Positions 1 to 11,180 of a stretch of 64,000 nt of DNA are shown piece by piece. The notes beneath the pieces were generated by a model. It was not told the origin of the DNA, did no database searches, and saw nothing but the letters and a program-made list of their open reading frames with translations. Source of the stretch: Octopus sinensis. Lineage: Eukaryota. Each line of letters begins with the position of its first letter. The first letter of the stretch is position 1. The stretch covers positions 992,001-1,056,000 of the forward strand of contig NC_043013.1 of NCBI RefSeq assembly GCF_006345805.1, read 5' to 3'. The position numbers were made by a program, and so were the translations under genes.

Positions 1-270
1 GATCTCCCTCCCTTAGATACTGACTGCGTGGATTTTGTTTTGTGATAACAACCGCAATCACGAATGTTCATTTATACTTTTGCTTGATACAAAAATTCAT
101 CGGGCAACGTCATATACCTAAAAGTATCATGGAATCTCTAAATTCTACTTTTTAACCAACAAGAAATAGAAAATAATACTTCAATGTTATGAAAAAAAAT
201 TTCCTGTTCCCAATAACTTGTACTGTTTTTGTATTCGATTTGCAAGATTTGTGTGTTGAAACAAATCTTA

Positions 271-630
271 TTGTGTCTTGAGAGGGTCATTATGCCAATA
301 ATAATAAACACCTGCACTGGTTCGATATCACTTCTTTATTGTTAGTCAATCGGTTAAATATCTAACCAACTAAACTAATTGATCGTTTGTTTGTTGTGTT
401 AATTAAGCAATCAAGGCAGAACTTGAAGAGAGCGGACATGTCTATTGATGAGGTCGCGAATAGCGACGAAAGGATTTTGAAAAACAAACAACCGATTGAT
501 TTTTTTAACCAACCCATTGAACAAACAATCGATTGGTTAGCTATTTGACCAATTGACTAACAATAAAGAAGTAATACTGAACCAATGCGTGTGCTATTAT
601 CATTAGTGTAATGCGTCTCCGAAGACACAA
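271..630. repeat. Inverted-repeat element (imperfect ~100-bp arms) with a central hammerhead-like remnant
   Basis: Arm 271-369 is reverse-complementary to 533-630 (e.g. cacttctttattgttagtcaat / attgactaacaataaagaagt). The centre 445-471 reads TTGATGA-G-GTCGC-gaata-GCGAC-GAAA. Confidence 0.6.
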
Positions 631-701
631 CAAAATAATTTGTATTTATTCTAGGTTGCATTGTAGAAAAAGAAATCAAAGAAAAGAATTGGAATACTTA
701 C

Positions 702-1207
702 TTCGAAGGAAGAATTCTTACATGTAACATTTGCCCCAATAGAGAGTGTGAAATTGTTTCCGACATAAGCCCTTCCTGATCGAAGAATTGAATGAGAATG
801 CTCGTGAATACAATCAAAATACAATGTCACAGAATTTCCCTTCATACTCAAGGAGAATTGGTGCCATCGTTGATTTAACAGGTCTACATGGAAAGCAGCT
901 GTCTCTGTGCTATGCGATGCCAATTCTTTGTGTTCGATTCTTAGTAGTTTAGTCCCGAACCAAATTCCCAGTAAGACTTTGTTGGAAGAATCAGTTAAGG
1001 CTAATACATAACCATTACTGTTGGAGGGGAACTTCGCTGTGACAAAGAGAGAAAAGTCGTGTGGAAAGCCTGAAGGAAATAGAGTTGACAACTGCCGTTG
1101 CGAAGATTTCCCAGGAATTACGGTAAAAAGTCTGGAAGACTTCTTAGAATTTATCTTTTGGTTCTTGGCATTATTTATGCGAAAAAGTTTTAACAAATTG
1201 TTGACAC
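702..1207 (-). CDS. Coding exon encoding a TSPN / laminin G-like domain (third visible coding exon of the NtA-TSP1-TSPN gene)
   Basis: Acceptor ttttcattacag|GT at 1208/1207 (phase 1) and donor GAA|gtaagt at 702/701 (phase 0), with an open frame. FPHDFSLFVTAK...GYVLAL...RWHQFSLSMKGNSVTLYFDC is the TSPN signature found in collagen IX/XI and NELL N-termini. Confidence 0.9.
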
Positions 1208-1264
1208 CTGTAATGAAAAGATGTTAAGACTATGAAATACAAAATATATCCTTCGATGGAAGGC

Positions 1265-1470
1265 AAAAAATTGAAATTTTGGTGGGAGGGGAACAGTCAA
1301 TTAGACCGACTCCAGTACACAACTGGTACTTATTTTACCAGCCCCGAAAGGATAAAAGGCAAAGTCGACCTCGGCAGAATTTGAACTCAGAACGTAAAGC
1401 CGGAAGAAGTACTGCTAAGCATTTTGTCCGGCAAATTAACAATTCAATCCGCCGCTCACCGCCTCAATGA
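1265..1470 (-). mobile_element. tRNA-derived SINE, family B (ggcgagctggcagaatcgttagc head; gtcgactttgcctttcatcc core)
   Basis: Matches other copies in the window at about 2810-3000, 20130-20320, 25160-25330, 26025-26150, 27570-27785, 31310-31510, 37680-38020, 48470-48645 and 49380-49500. Confidence 0.75.
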
Positions 1471-1639
1471 AATATAAAGTAGAGTCACAAATGATATAAA
1501 CTGATATACGATACTCAGTCTTATAATCTGTATGTGGTGCACAAGTTTATATGATACACAATCACATAATATGCTTATGTGATATTATGTGTATGTGATA
1601 CATACATACATACATACATACATACCAGAAAGGAGAAGG

Positions 1640-2020
1640 CTAATTCGAAAACAGATGAGTCCAATACGCAAACAACGAGAGAAACAAATGGAAAACAGGA
1701 CAAGTAACATAAAGAACGACCCTTCATCAGTTGTCGGCTGTCTGTCTACTCCTCATTTCGAGCATTGAACGACAATATGAATCTTCGAAGACAGTTGATC
1801 CCATAAGTACCAAAATAAAATTTGGGATTTATGGAGGGTCAAAGTTGGGAACAAAAATAGGACAGTGGCGATACACGAAGAAACCGAACGAAAACAAACA
1901 TGGACGGTCGTTAGACCAGAACGAGGGTAAAATAGCAAACGCTGGAGAAATATTTTCTTTGCCAAGAGAAAAGATAGAAAGGAGATATCGGCAGATCGAC
2001 AGCAAAATGAATCGCTGTGA
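1640..2020 (-). mobile_element. Interspersed repeat, probably a Penelope-like element remnant
   Basis: Shares the caactga(t/a)gaaggg...ttctttatgtt segment with 4640-4820, 5810-5980 and 48090-48300. The family assignment is inferred. Confidence 0.4.
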
Positions 2021-3160
2021 TATTTGATATTCTGTGTACGTGGCAAAGTTAATAATAAACACCTCAAAAGAAAATTGAACTTGTCTTTGCAACTGGGTCG
2101 AACAACCTGTGGTGCCAGTAAGAATAGGTGCCGTGCTGCTTCGGTTATTGGATCGTCTGACCAACATCATTTGGCTCCGTGAAATAGATGTGTCACGAAT
2201 AAATTTCACAAAGATAAATTGAAAGACTTACAACTTGAGAATCGTGTTCTTCCATAGAACGAGACGGATTAGTGAATAAATAAATCCACGAGACACTTCA
2301 TTAGCAACATTGGTCGAGGACCGGACGAGGTGTTTTATTCTATTTTAGTCTCATAGATAAGCAAAAATTGATCTTGCTCCTAAATAACAAAACTAAAGAC
2401 AGATGAGCTAATAAAGAAGCTTATATATTGTCAGGCTAGAAATAACAACCTGTTAGAAATAACGATCAAATCTCCCTCAAATATTATCCTGCCATCTTTT
2501 CAAGGGGTGCCTGCACAGAACAGTGTAGTTCTAAACACACCACACTGGAAAGATATAATATATAATAGACTCGTCTTGAATAGTTTTAATCATAGGTCTG
2601 CTCGAGCAGAGTCAACCCAGGGTTAAACAACAATTAATGTAAATTAAAACATTTCCTACATTGTTGGAACTGGATCACCAATGAAGACTTCATCTTTAGA
2701 CATTCAACGTCAAGACGCAGTCTTCGATTAGTTTGTCAAAGAAAACATCAATTTGGCGGAGTTTTTCATCTCTTCCAGGTGGAAGTACCAGTGCCGAAGT
2801 GAGACGAAAATCTTCAATCGGAAATGAAACCTGCATCTGAGAGCAGTAGATTGACCGAATCGTTAGAGCGTCGAAAAAAATTACATTGTATTTTTTTTCC
2901 AGCTCTTTACATTCTGAGTTCAAATACTGCCGAGGCCAGCCTTGCCTTTTATTCCTCCGAGGCCGATAAAATAAAATGCCAGTCCAGTACTAACCATGAC
3001 ACAAGCGACTACAGCCCTTCCCCTTAAAATTGCTGCCTCTGTGTCGAAATTAGAAACAGATGATTATGAAATCAAAACATTCTAATTCTTTAAAGCAATG
3101 ATTCCCAGCCTGGGGTCTGCAAAGGTATTACTGGGGGTCCGTGAAGTAAATTCAAAATTT

Positions 3161-3202
<42 letters not shown>

Positions 3203-3276
3203 TATATTATATAAGGATATATCCTTATCATTATATATATATACACACATATATATATATACACACACACACACAC

Positions 3277-3326
<50 letters not shown>

Positions 3327-3415
3327 ATATATATAATAATAATAAATATTAGGGAATAAATCCAAACTTACAGGGAAAAATCAGATTTAGGATTGAATCC
3401 AATTTTATAGTAAAA

Positions 3416-3846
3416 TATTATATTATATTAAATTAGAGACAAAACCACTATTAGGCAAATCAAACAATGAAAAACTTAATCCAATACATAAGATTATTTA
3501 ATTTATATTATTTAAATATATAACAAAATTATTAAAAAATATAATTAATATCACACTACGATCGTTTCATGCCTGCTAACATCTTCAAATTTTTGAGTCA
3601 CAGTCATTCATCAGGTGGTTTAAATATTTATCTTGGCGAGGTTTAAACAATGAACTCGCCAAGATAAATATTTAAACCACCTGATGAATGACTGCGACTC
3701 AAAAATTTAACGATCGTGGTGTGATATTAATTAATAATTTTGTTATATATTTAAATAATATAAATTAAATAATCTTATGTATTGGATTAAGTTTTTCATT
3801 GTTTGATTTGCCTAATAGTGGTTTTGTCTCTAATTTAATATAATAT
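3416..3846. repeat. Long inverted repeat (arms 3416-3640 and 3655-3846), Penelope-like pLTR arrangement
   Basis: The arms are nearly exact reverse complements, and the right arm lacks about 20 bp of the hammerhead stem II. A single-arm copy of the same family lies at 42255-42470. Confidence 0.85.
3554..3617 (-). ncRNA. Type I minimal hammerhead ribozyme motif
   Basis: Minus strand reads CAC-CUGAUGA-AUG(A)CUG...CAG(G)CAU-GAAAC-GAUC-GUA^GUG. It has a complete core, a 3-bp stem I and a palindromic GAUC stem III loop. Predicted cleavage is at 3557/3556. Confidence 0.7.
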
Positions 3847-4023
3847 ATTTATATATATAAGGATAAGCATTAAAAGGGTCGGTGGGAAAACTCATTTCAA
3901 TAAAAGGGTTGGGAATCACTGGTTTGAAGTAACTGAATTAAGAAACGGATGATAGCATTGCATGAGGTTACGATCGTTTCAATTTTCATTAGCAAGAAAA
4001 CCGCAGCAGGAAACTAGGATTAC

Positions 4024-4173
4024 CTTCACAGGGAAACGTGTTACAATGTCGAAAGTCTTTAATTACACCTTTGCAATTTGATGAAGTCGAATTAAAACAG
4101 CGGCGCTTCCGGACTTGCATTCCTCCATCGCAATTCCTCCGGCACGAACTCCAAGCACTCCATGATTGCCAAC
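4024..4173 (-). CDS. Coding exon encoding a thrombospondin type 1 (TSP1) repeat (missed by the ORF track)
   Basis: Acceptor atttatctgttacag|GT at 4174/4173 and donor GAAG|gtaatc at 4024/4023, phase 1-1, 150 bp. It encodes (G)WQSWSAWSSCRRNCDGGMQVRKRRCFNSTSSNCKGVIKDFRHCNTFPCE(G): WxxWxxW, RxRxC and six Cys. Confidence 0.93.
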
Positions 4174-4524
4174 CTGTAACAGATAAATGATGTTTTTATA
4201 TGAGTGTGTGTGTGCGTGTGTTTGTTTGTTTGTGTGTCAATGTGGGTGTACACACACACACAAGTATATGTCGTAAAGAAATAAGATTGAAGAACTATGA
4301 TCATACGATATTTCATTCACTTATGTATGTTTCCCTTTGTTTTATATATATATCGAAATTGCGAAGATGATCTGGTTCTTGACTGATGACTGAGAGCTTC
4401 GAAAGTCCAGTCTGTGTGTTTTTTTTGTCGTCTTCTAAATGGTTCACGTTCTTGTCCCAGTTTGTGTTTTTTAACGTTTACATATATATATAGATATATA
4501 TATATAGATATATATATATATATA

Positions 4525-4567
<43 letters not shown>

Positions 4568-4826
4568 TATATATATATTATATATATATATATATATATT
4601 TATATATTATTACATCTATCTATCTATGTATTTATGTATCTATCTATTTCGAAACACGGATTAGATAAAACAGGGGACAACTGATGAAGGGAATGTTCTT
4701 TATGTTGCCTGTCTCGTTTCACTGTTTGTTTTTGTTTGTTTTGTATAATTTTGTTTTTTATGTTTTCGTTTCTCATTGTATCTACATTTTTTTTAATCTC
4801 CTGTATCCATATATGCATGTATATAT

Positions 4827-4907
<81 letters not shown>

Positions 4908-4919
4908 GTGTGTGTGTGT

Positions 4920-4956
<37 letters not shown>

Positions 4957-5105
4957 ATACATGTATGTATATATTTATATATTATTTATATTATGTATGT
5001 TGTATGATTGTGTATAGAGGAATATATTATTAATCAATGAAATGCCGATTAAGTCTGATTTATATATTTCATTATTTGCAATTTTTGCAATTTTACGATG
5101 TTGAA

Positions 5106-5147
5106 ATAAACTAGGACTTTCATGCGTTGCGCAATCGTCAGGTTTAT
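5106..5147 (-). ncRNA. Type I minimal hammerhead ribozyme motif (copy 1)
   Basis: AUAAAC-CUGACGA-UUGCG-CAA-CGCAU-GAAA-G-UC-C-UA^GUUUAU, with a perfect 6-bp stem I, a 4-bp stem II under a U.U pair and a 2-nt stem III loop. Predicted cleavage is at 5112/5111. Confidence 0.75.
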
Positions 5148-5596
5148 GTAGGGGCAGTCGTGTTCCACACATTACACGCACGTGTGTGAGTGTGTGTGTG
5201 TGTGTATTTGGTTTGTGTGTGTGTGTGTGTGTGTGTATTTGTGTGTGGTGTGTGTTTTTGTGTGTGTGTGTTGTGTGTGTGTGTATGTGTGTGTGTGTTT
5301 TTGTGTGTGTGTGTTGTGTGTGTGTGTGTGTGTTTGTGTGTTGTGTGTGTGTGTTGTGTGTTGTGTGTGTGTGTGTGTGTGTGTGTTGTGTCCTGCGTGT
5401 GTAGCGTTCCTGCCCATAGTGTCCATGACCTGTAACAATTCAAAATGTACATCAACCACACTAACCATTTCCCGTCATTGCTATTTCCCCGTCTCGAAAT
5501 ATTTGACAAATTTCTAGGCATCGCCATGTTTACCAAAGACTCCCTGAAAATAAACACACATCAAACAAAGTTAATAAAGTGTGTGTGTGTATATAA

Positions 5597-5642
<46 letters not shown>

Positions 5643-5650
5643 ATATATAT

Positions 5651-5686
<36 letters not shown>

Positions 5687-5730
5687 GTCACAGTGACTAT
5701 ATTATTGATATATATATATATATATATATC

Positions 5731-5761
<31 letters not shown>

Positions 5762-5985
5762 TACTTACATCTATCTATCTATGTATTTATGTATCTATCT
5801 ATCTATTTCGAAACACGGATTAGATAAAACAGGGGACAACTGATGAAGGGAATGTTCTTTATGTTGCCTGTCTCGTTTCACTGTTTGTTTTTGTTTGTTT
5901 TGTATAATTTTGTTTTTTATGTTTTCGTTTCTCATTGTATCTACATTTTTTTTAATCTCCTGTATCCATATATGCATGTATATAT

Positions 5986-6020
<35 letters not shown>

Positions 6021-6076
6021 TATATATATATAATATATATATATATAATATATATATATATGTGTGTGTGTGTGTG

Positions 6077-6121
<45 letters not shown>

Positions 6122-6276
6122 TGTACATACATGTATGTATATATTTATATATTATTTATATTATGTATGTTTGTATGATTGTGTATAGAGGAATATATTA
6201 TTAATCAATGAAATGCCGATTAAGTCTGATTTATATATTTCATTATTTGCAATTTTTGCAATTTTACGATGTTGAA

Positions 6277-6318
6277 ATAAACTAGGACTTTCATGCGTTG
6301 CGCAATCGTCAGGTTTAT
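6277..6318 (-). ncRNA. Type I minimal hammerhead ribozyme motif (copy 2)
   Basis: Identical to 5106-5147, in the second unit of the duplication. Confidence 0.72.
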
Positions 6319-6507
6319 GTAGGGGCAGTCGTGTTCCACACATTACACGCACGTGTGTGAGTGTGTGTGTGTGTGTATTTGGTGTGTGTGTGTGTGTGTG
6401 TGTGTATTTGTGTGTGTGTGTGTGTTTTTGTGTGTGTGTGTTTGTGTGTGTGTGTATGTGTGTGTGTGTTTTTGTGTGTGTGTGTATGTGTGTGGTGTGT
6501 GTGTGTT

Positions 6508-6561
<54 letters not shown>

Positions 6562-6763
6562 GTGCGTGTGTAGCGTTCCTGCCCATAGTGTCCATGACCT
6601 GTAACAATTCAAAATGTACATCAACCACACTAACCATTTCCCGTCATTGCTATTTCCCCGTCTCGAAATATTTGACAAATTTCTAGGCATCGCCATGTTT
6701 ACCAAAGACTCCCTGAAAATAAACACACATCAAACAAAGTTAATAAAGTGTGTGTGTGTATAA

Positions 6764-6803
<40 letters not shown>

Positions 6804-6815
6804 TGTTATATATAT

Positions 6816-6851
<36 letters not shown>

Positions 6852-7186
6852 GTCACAGTGACTATATTATTGATATTATATATATATATATATCTATATA
6901 TATATATATATAATATATATAATATATATATGTATATATATATCAGAACTGTCCAGCGAACACCGACCAAAAGTCATCACAGTTCCTCAAGGTAAAATCT
7001 AAAATGAATTCCTCGCTCTTTCAGGAACATCAATTTTTTATATTGACTGCATATCACCACTTTGAACTATTTTTTATATTGAATGCATATCACCACTATG
7101 AACCACTGCATCACACTCTTTAAACATATAGCATGAACGAACTCACTTCACTATATATGAACTTTTGATGTCTGACTCTATTGTAT

Positions 7187-7397
7187 ATTACTCTTTTACT
7201 CTTTTACTTGTTTCAGTCATTTGACTGCGGCCATGCTGGAGCACCGCCTTAGTCGATCAAATCGACCCGGAACTTATTCTTTGTAAGCCCAGTACTTATT
7301 CTATCGGTCTCTTTTGCCGAACCGCTAAGTGGCGGGGATGTAGACACACCAGCATCGGTTGTCAAGCAATGCTAGGGGGACAAACACAGACACACAA

Positions 7398-7434
<37 letters not shown>

Positions 7435-7565
7435 CATATATACGACAGGCTTCTTTCAGTTTCCGTCTACCAAATCCACTCAGAAGGCATTGGTCGGCCC
7501 GGGGCTATAGCAGATGACACTTGCCCAAGATGCCACGCAGTGGGACTGAACCCGCAACCATTTTG
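7187..7565 (-). mobile_element. tRNA-derived SINE, family A (ccttgggcaagtgtctt core, internal (TA)n(TG)n, tail gtcaaatgactgaaacaagtaaaagag)
   Basis: Highly similar copies at 15683-16132 (-), 25545-26020 (+), 36470-36890 (-), 41790-42205 (-), 42488-42915 (-), 46372-46760 (-) and 52385-52630 (-). Confidence 0.85.
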
Positions 7566-7744
7566 ATAGCATGAACTATCTTTTTTTATATATAACTTTT
7601 TTTGATAAGGTTCATCATTTCAAGAATCGAAACATGTTATAATGTATATATAAAAATTAAAATTAGTCTAATATAGCAGCATTTTCGAACTTCATTTTTT
7701 ACAAATATATACCCACTCGTATACGAGCTAATCTTATTATAAAA

Positions 7745-7787
<43 letters not shown>

Positions 7788-7806
7788 GTCACAGCGACTA
7801 TATTAT

Positions 7807-7850
<44 letters not shown>

Positions 7851-7865
7851 ACAGCGCTATATTAT

Positions 7866-7918
<53 letters not shown>

Positions 7919-7970
7919 AATACATTATATTATATATATATAATAATATATATACATATTATATATACTA

Positions 7971-8058
<88 letters not shown>

Positions 8059-8075
8059 CATATATATATATATAC
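7745..8075. repeat. (TA)n microsatellite array containing short palindromic units
   Basis: Direct reading of the sequence. Confidence 0.9.
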
Positions 8076-8569
8076 AAGTTTGGTTTAAACTAGATCTTTA
8101 ACTTGTATATAAGTGTGAATATTAGTATAGCCCCGTGAATACGTTGTGTTGGTATGGTATCTGTAAATGTTTATAAGGATGTACTTTCAGTTATGTCATA
8201 GTGAGGACGGTAAAGTGGTATTACATCACTAAATCAGAAATCGACCTAGGGCTAAACTTTTTCAAAAAATCTTTTTCGTTCACTCCCTCGCTTTCAGTGT
8301 GTGTCTATGTGATAGATAAAGTAGTTTAGAGCCATTTTGTGTCCTCTTCTAGCATGTGGCATTACTTGGTAGTTGTCCTTATTAGAATTTTCTAATTATA
8401 TTCATAAAATTATATACTTTATGTGTGTGTGGGGGGGGGATACCTACTTACAACCACCTTACATGTTTACTATGGAGAAATATATCATAGTTAACACTTA
8501 TATAAAAAAACCGCAATAAACATTATGTAACACTTAAACTCACTCTTCTCACGCACACACACGAACGTG

Positions 8570-8596
8570 TATGTATGTATATATATATATATATAT

Positions 8597-8654
<58 letters not shown>

Positions 8655-8667
8655 GGATGGATGGATG

Positions 8668-8719
<52 letters not shown>

Positions 8720-8740
8720 TGCTTTATGTGTGTAAATGTG

Positions 8741-8809
<69 letters not shown>

Positions 8810-9000
8810 ATATATATATAATACATATACATGCATACAAACTCACACAGACAAACAGACAGACTGACAGAAAGACAGACAGACCGAAGGACAGATAGAT
8901 AGATGGATAGATAGATAGATAGATAGATAGATAAACATAAGTATATACCGAGAGAGAGAGAGAGAGAGAAGAATGTGTGAGAGACAGGGAGAGAGAGAGG
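8570..9000. repeat. Compound microsatellite (TA/ATAG/GGAT/CAGA/GA)
   Basis: Direct reading of the sequence. Confidence 0.9.
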
Positions 9001-9206
9001 GGGGGGCGTATCAACGTTCTGAGACGTTACAAAGAAGCTAATAAATTAATCCCCAGATACTTCAGTTGAGAAACCTAAAACTCTGTTTATAAAGATTTGG
9101 TTAGTAACAGTTGCGTAAGGGTCATTACATCAACGCTGCGGTGGGTCGGAAGCCATAGTTGTTTGCCTCTCGTTACCCGTCGTGTAGTTACCGTCATAAT
9201 TTATTG

Positions 9207-9277
9207 CTTTGACTCGATTCGCTCGGTTTTAATGGCCGACATGTTTAGCCAGTCGTTAAAAGAATCTCGTCAAAAAG
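9207..9277 (-). ncRNA. Degenerate hammerhead ribozyme motif
   Basis: CUUU-UUGACGA-G...C-GAA-UCGA-GUC^AAAG. Stem I and the palindromic UCGA loop are intact, with a C3U change and AC missing from GAAAC. Confidence 0.45.
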
Positions 9278-9509
9278 AATGGAAGTTATTGTCTCGGATA
9301 TTGTTTTTTCTAACTGTTTATTGTTCTGTTGAAGTGCTTCAAATAATAAAATGTGGAAAGAAGAAAAAAACCTTTTGCCTCTTTGGTTATGTGAAAGGGA
9401 AGTTCCTTCATAATAATATGTTAGCAGATCTTATAAGCGTTTCTTTTTGGTGATAAGTAGATGAAAGACAAAGTAAATTATATGTATGTATTGTATATAT
9501 TATATATAT

Positions 9510-9551
<42 letters not shown>

Positions 9552-9984
9552 AAAGATAGTGAAATGTCGCCAGCTTTATAGATTCAGTATATCATCTGTT
9601 TTGAGATATCAGCTGATAACTCATGATAAAACGAACGAAACATCTTACAATTTTCTAAATCTGTTTCCGCCTTGGAGACGCAAAACCTCGCCATTGGGAA
9701 AAGATTCAACTGTAAAACTCATTATTTTACAAAGAGTGTGTTCTGCTGTGAGAAGGAGAGATCTAGGAATCATCATTATTTATTAATCTGTAGTTTCATA
9801 AACGTTGCTATGAGAATCGGTAGCTCGGCAGGCAGAGTATCTTGAATTGTACCATTTTACATTCCGTGTTCAAATCATGCTGGGACCAACTCTATCTTTC
9901 ATCCTCCAGGAATCAAAAACACAAACAACCAATCAAATGCTGGAATTGATCCCCTCTTCCGTTTCTTAAAACCTGTAGGTTTTA

Positions 9985-11180
9985 ATCTATTGGCAAGAAA
10001 GTAATTTCGGTTTTTTAGTGTGAAATAAAAGTAATTTTTTTTTAATACAAAGAATGCAGTTTAATCAATTATATATTTTCTATTTTGTTCGATGACCTTT
10101 TGCCATTTTTCTGACAACTTCATGATTCTGCGCTCATCGAACTCCTGGTCCTTATCTGCCAAAAACTGAAGCAAGTGCGATTTCAGATCATCATCATTAT
10201 TGAGTTTTACCATTCAAAGAATTTTGAAAATTTCGAAATGAATGGTAATCTGATGGGGCAAGGTCAGGCTTTATGGTGGATGTGACATTACTTCCCAACC
10301 AAGCTCCAATAATTTTTCACGAGTTAGAAAAGACGTATGTAGTCTAGCGTTGTTGTGGTGGGACACGATTCTTAACGATTTGCCAATTCTGGCCGTTATT
10401 CTTCCTCCAGTTTCATTAGTTGTTGACAGTAAACATCTCAATTGATCGTTCGGTTCCTTGGAAGCAGCTCAAAATATACAATACCTTTGTAATCCCACCA
10501 AACTGACAGCATAACCTTTTTTTGAGACAATCCATTTTTCCTCACCAGTGATGATTCGTTTAAAAAAACGGTCGATTTCATTGTGTTTGAGACAAAAAGC
10601 GCAAATATTGATTCGTTATGTCAAGTGAATCTCTTTCAATTTATGTAGAACCTAAATATCAAGCTTCTTAACGAGTCCAACACATTCTAAGTGGTTTTCG
10701 GTTGTTGTATGTGATACATTTAACCTCTCTAAAATCTCTCGCACAGTTCTATGACAATCAGATTCAATTATGGCTTTGATTTGGTCATCATCAACTTCAG
10801 TAGATCAACCAGAACGTTGGTCATCTTTGAGGGAAAAATCTCCAGAATGGAATTTTTAAAACCATTTCTCATATGTGCATTCTGTTTAGCAATCAACACC
10901 ATAAACTTCACATCTCTTTGTGAGCCTCAGCAGCTTTCTTGCCTTTATGGAAATAAAAAAGTAAAATATGGCGAAAATGTTCGTTTTTGCACTCCATCTT
11001 AAAATTGACACTGAACTAACAACTGTAAACAAAATTACTCGTAATTTGTTACTAAAGTAAACTAAAAGTAACGGATATCAAATGTCAAAAGGAAAAAATC
11101 ATAACATTGACAAAAGTAATTTTAAAAAATCGTAATTCTATCTATTTACGAAAAACGAAGTTACTTTCTTGCCAACGCAA
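9985..11180 (-). mobile_element. Mariner (DD34D) DNA transposon, decayed, with TIRs and TA flanks
   Basis: TIR core ttggcaagaaagtaa at both ends, flanked by TA. The transposase pseudogene 10997->10061 starts MECKNEHFRHILLFYFHKGKKAAEA and contains HxNARxH and SPDLAPSDYH motifs, with stops and a deletion. Confidence 0.9.

Larger units (their letters stand above)
3096..3921. mobile_element. hAT-like MITE carrying a nested Penelope-like inverted repeat
   Basis: Termini are CAATGATTCCCAGCC ... GGTTGGGAATCACTG. The flanking 8-mers ctttaaag / gtttgaag (6/8 identical) fit a decayed 8-bp TSD. Confidence 0.65.
4610..6876. repeat. Head-to-tail tandem duplication, period about 1.16-1.17 kb
   Basis: The non-microsatellite blocks are essentially identical, with offsets of 1159 (4681 vs 5840), 1171 (5106 vs 6277) and 1169 (5401 vs 6570). 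Differences are almost confined to the microsatellites. Confidence 0.9.

Noticed and set aside
4378-4415. CTGATGA...GAAAGTC resembling a hammerhead
   Set aside because: There is no 10.1-11.1 pair (C opposite C), stem III is G opposite G, and there is no stem I partner. It folds better as a simple gactg/cagtc hairpin.
1720-4700. CTGATGAAGGG motifs at 1725 (minus), 4681 and 5840
   Set aside because: No downstream GAAA and no consistent type II or type III fold, so they were kept only as repeat-family markers.
4414-6726. Many ORF-track entries rich in IY/YI, HT/TH or CV/VC dipeptides (also at 12.5-14.4 kb, 16.5 kb, 29.4-30.2 kb, 55.8-56.3 kb)
   Set aside because: They are translations of (TA)n, (CA)n and (TG)n microsatellites, with no splice-consistent or domain-like content.
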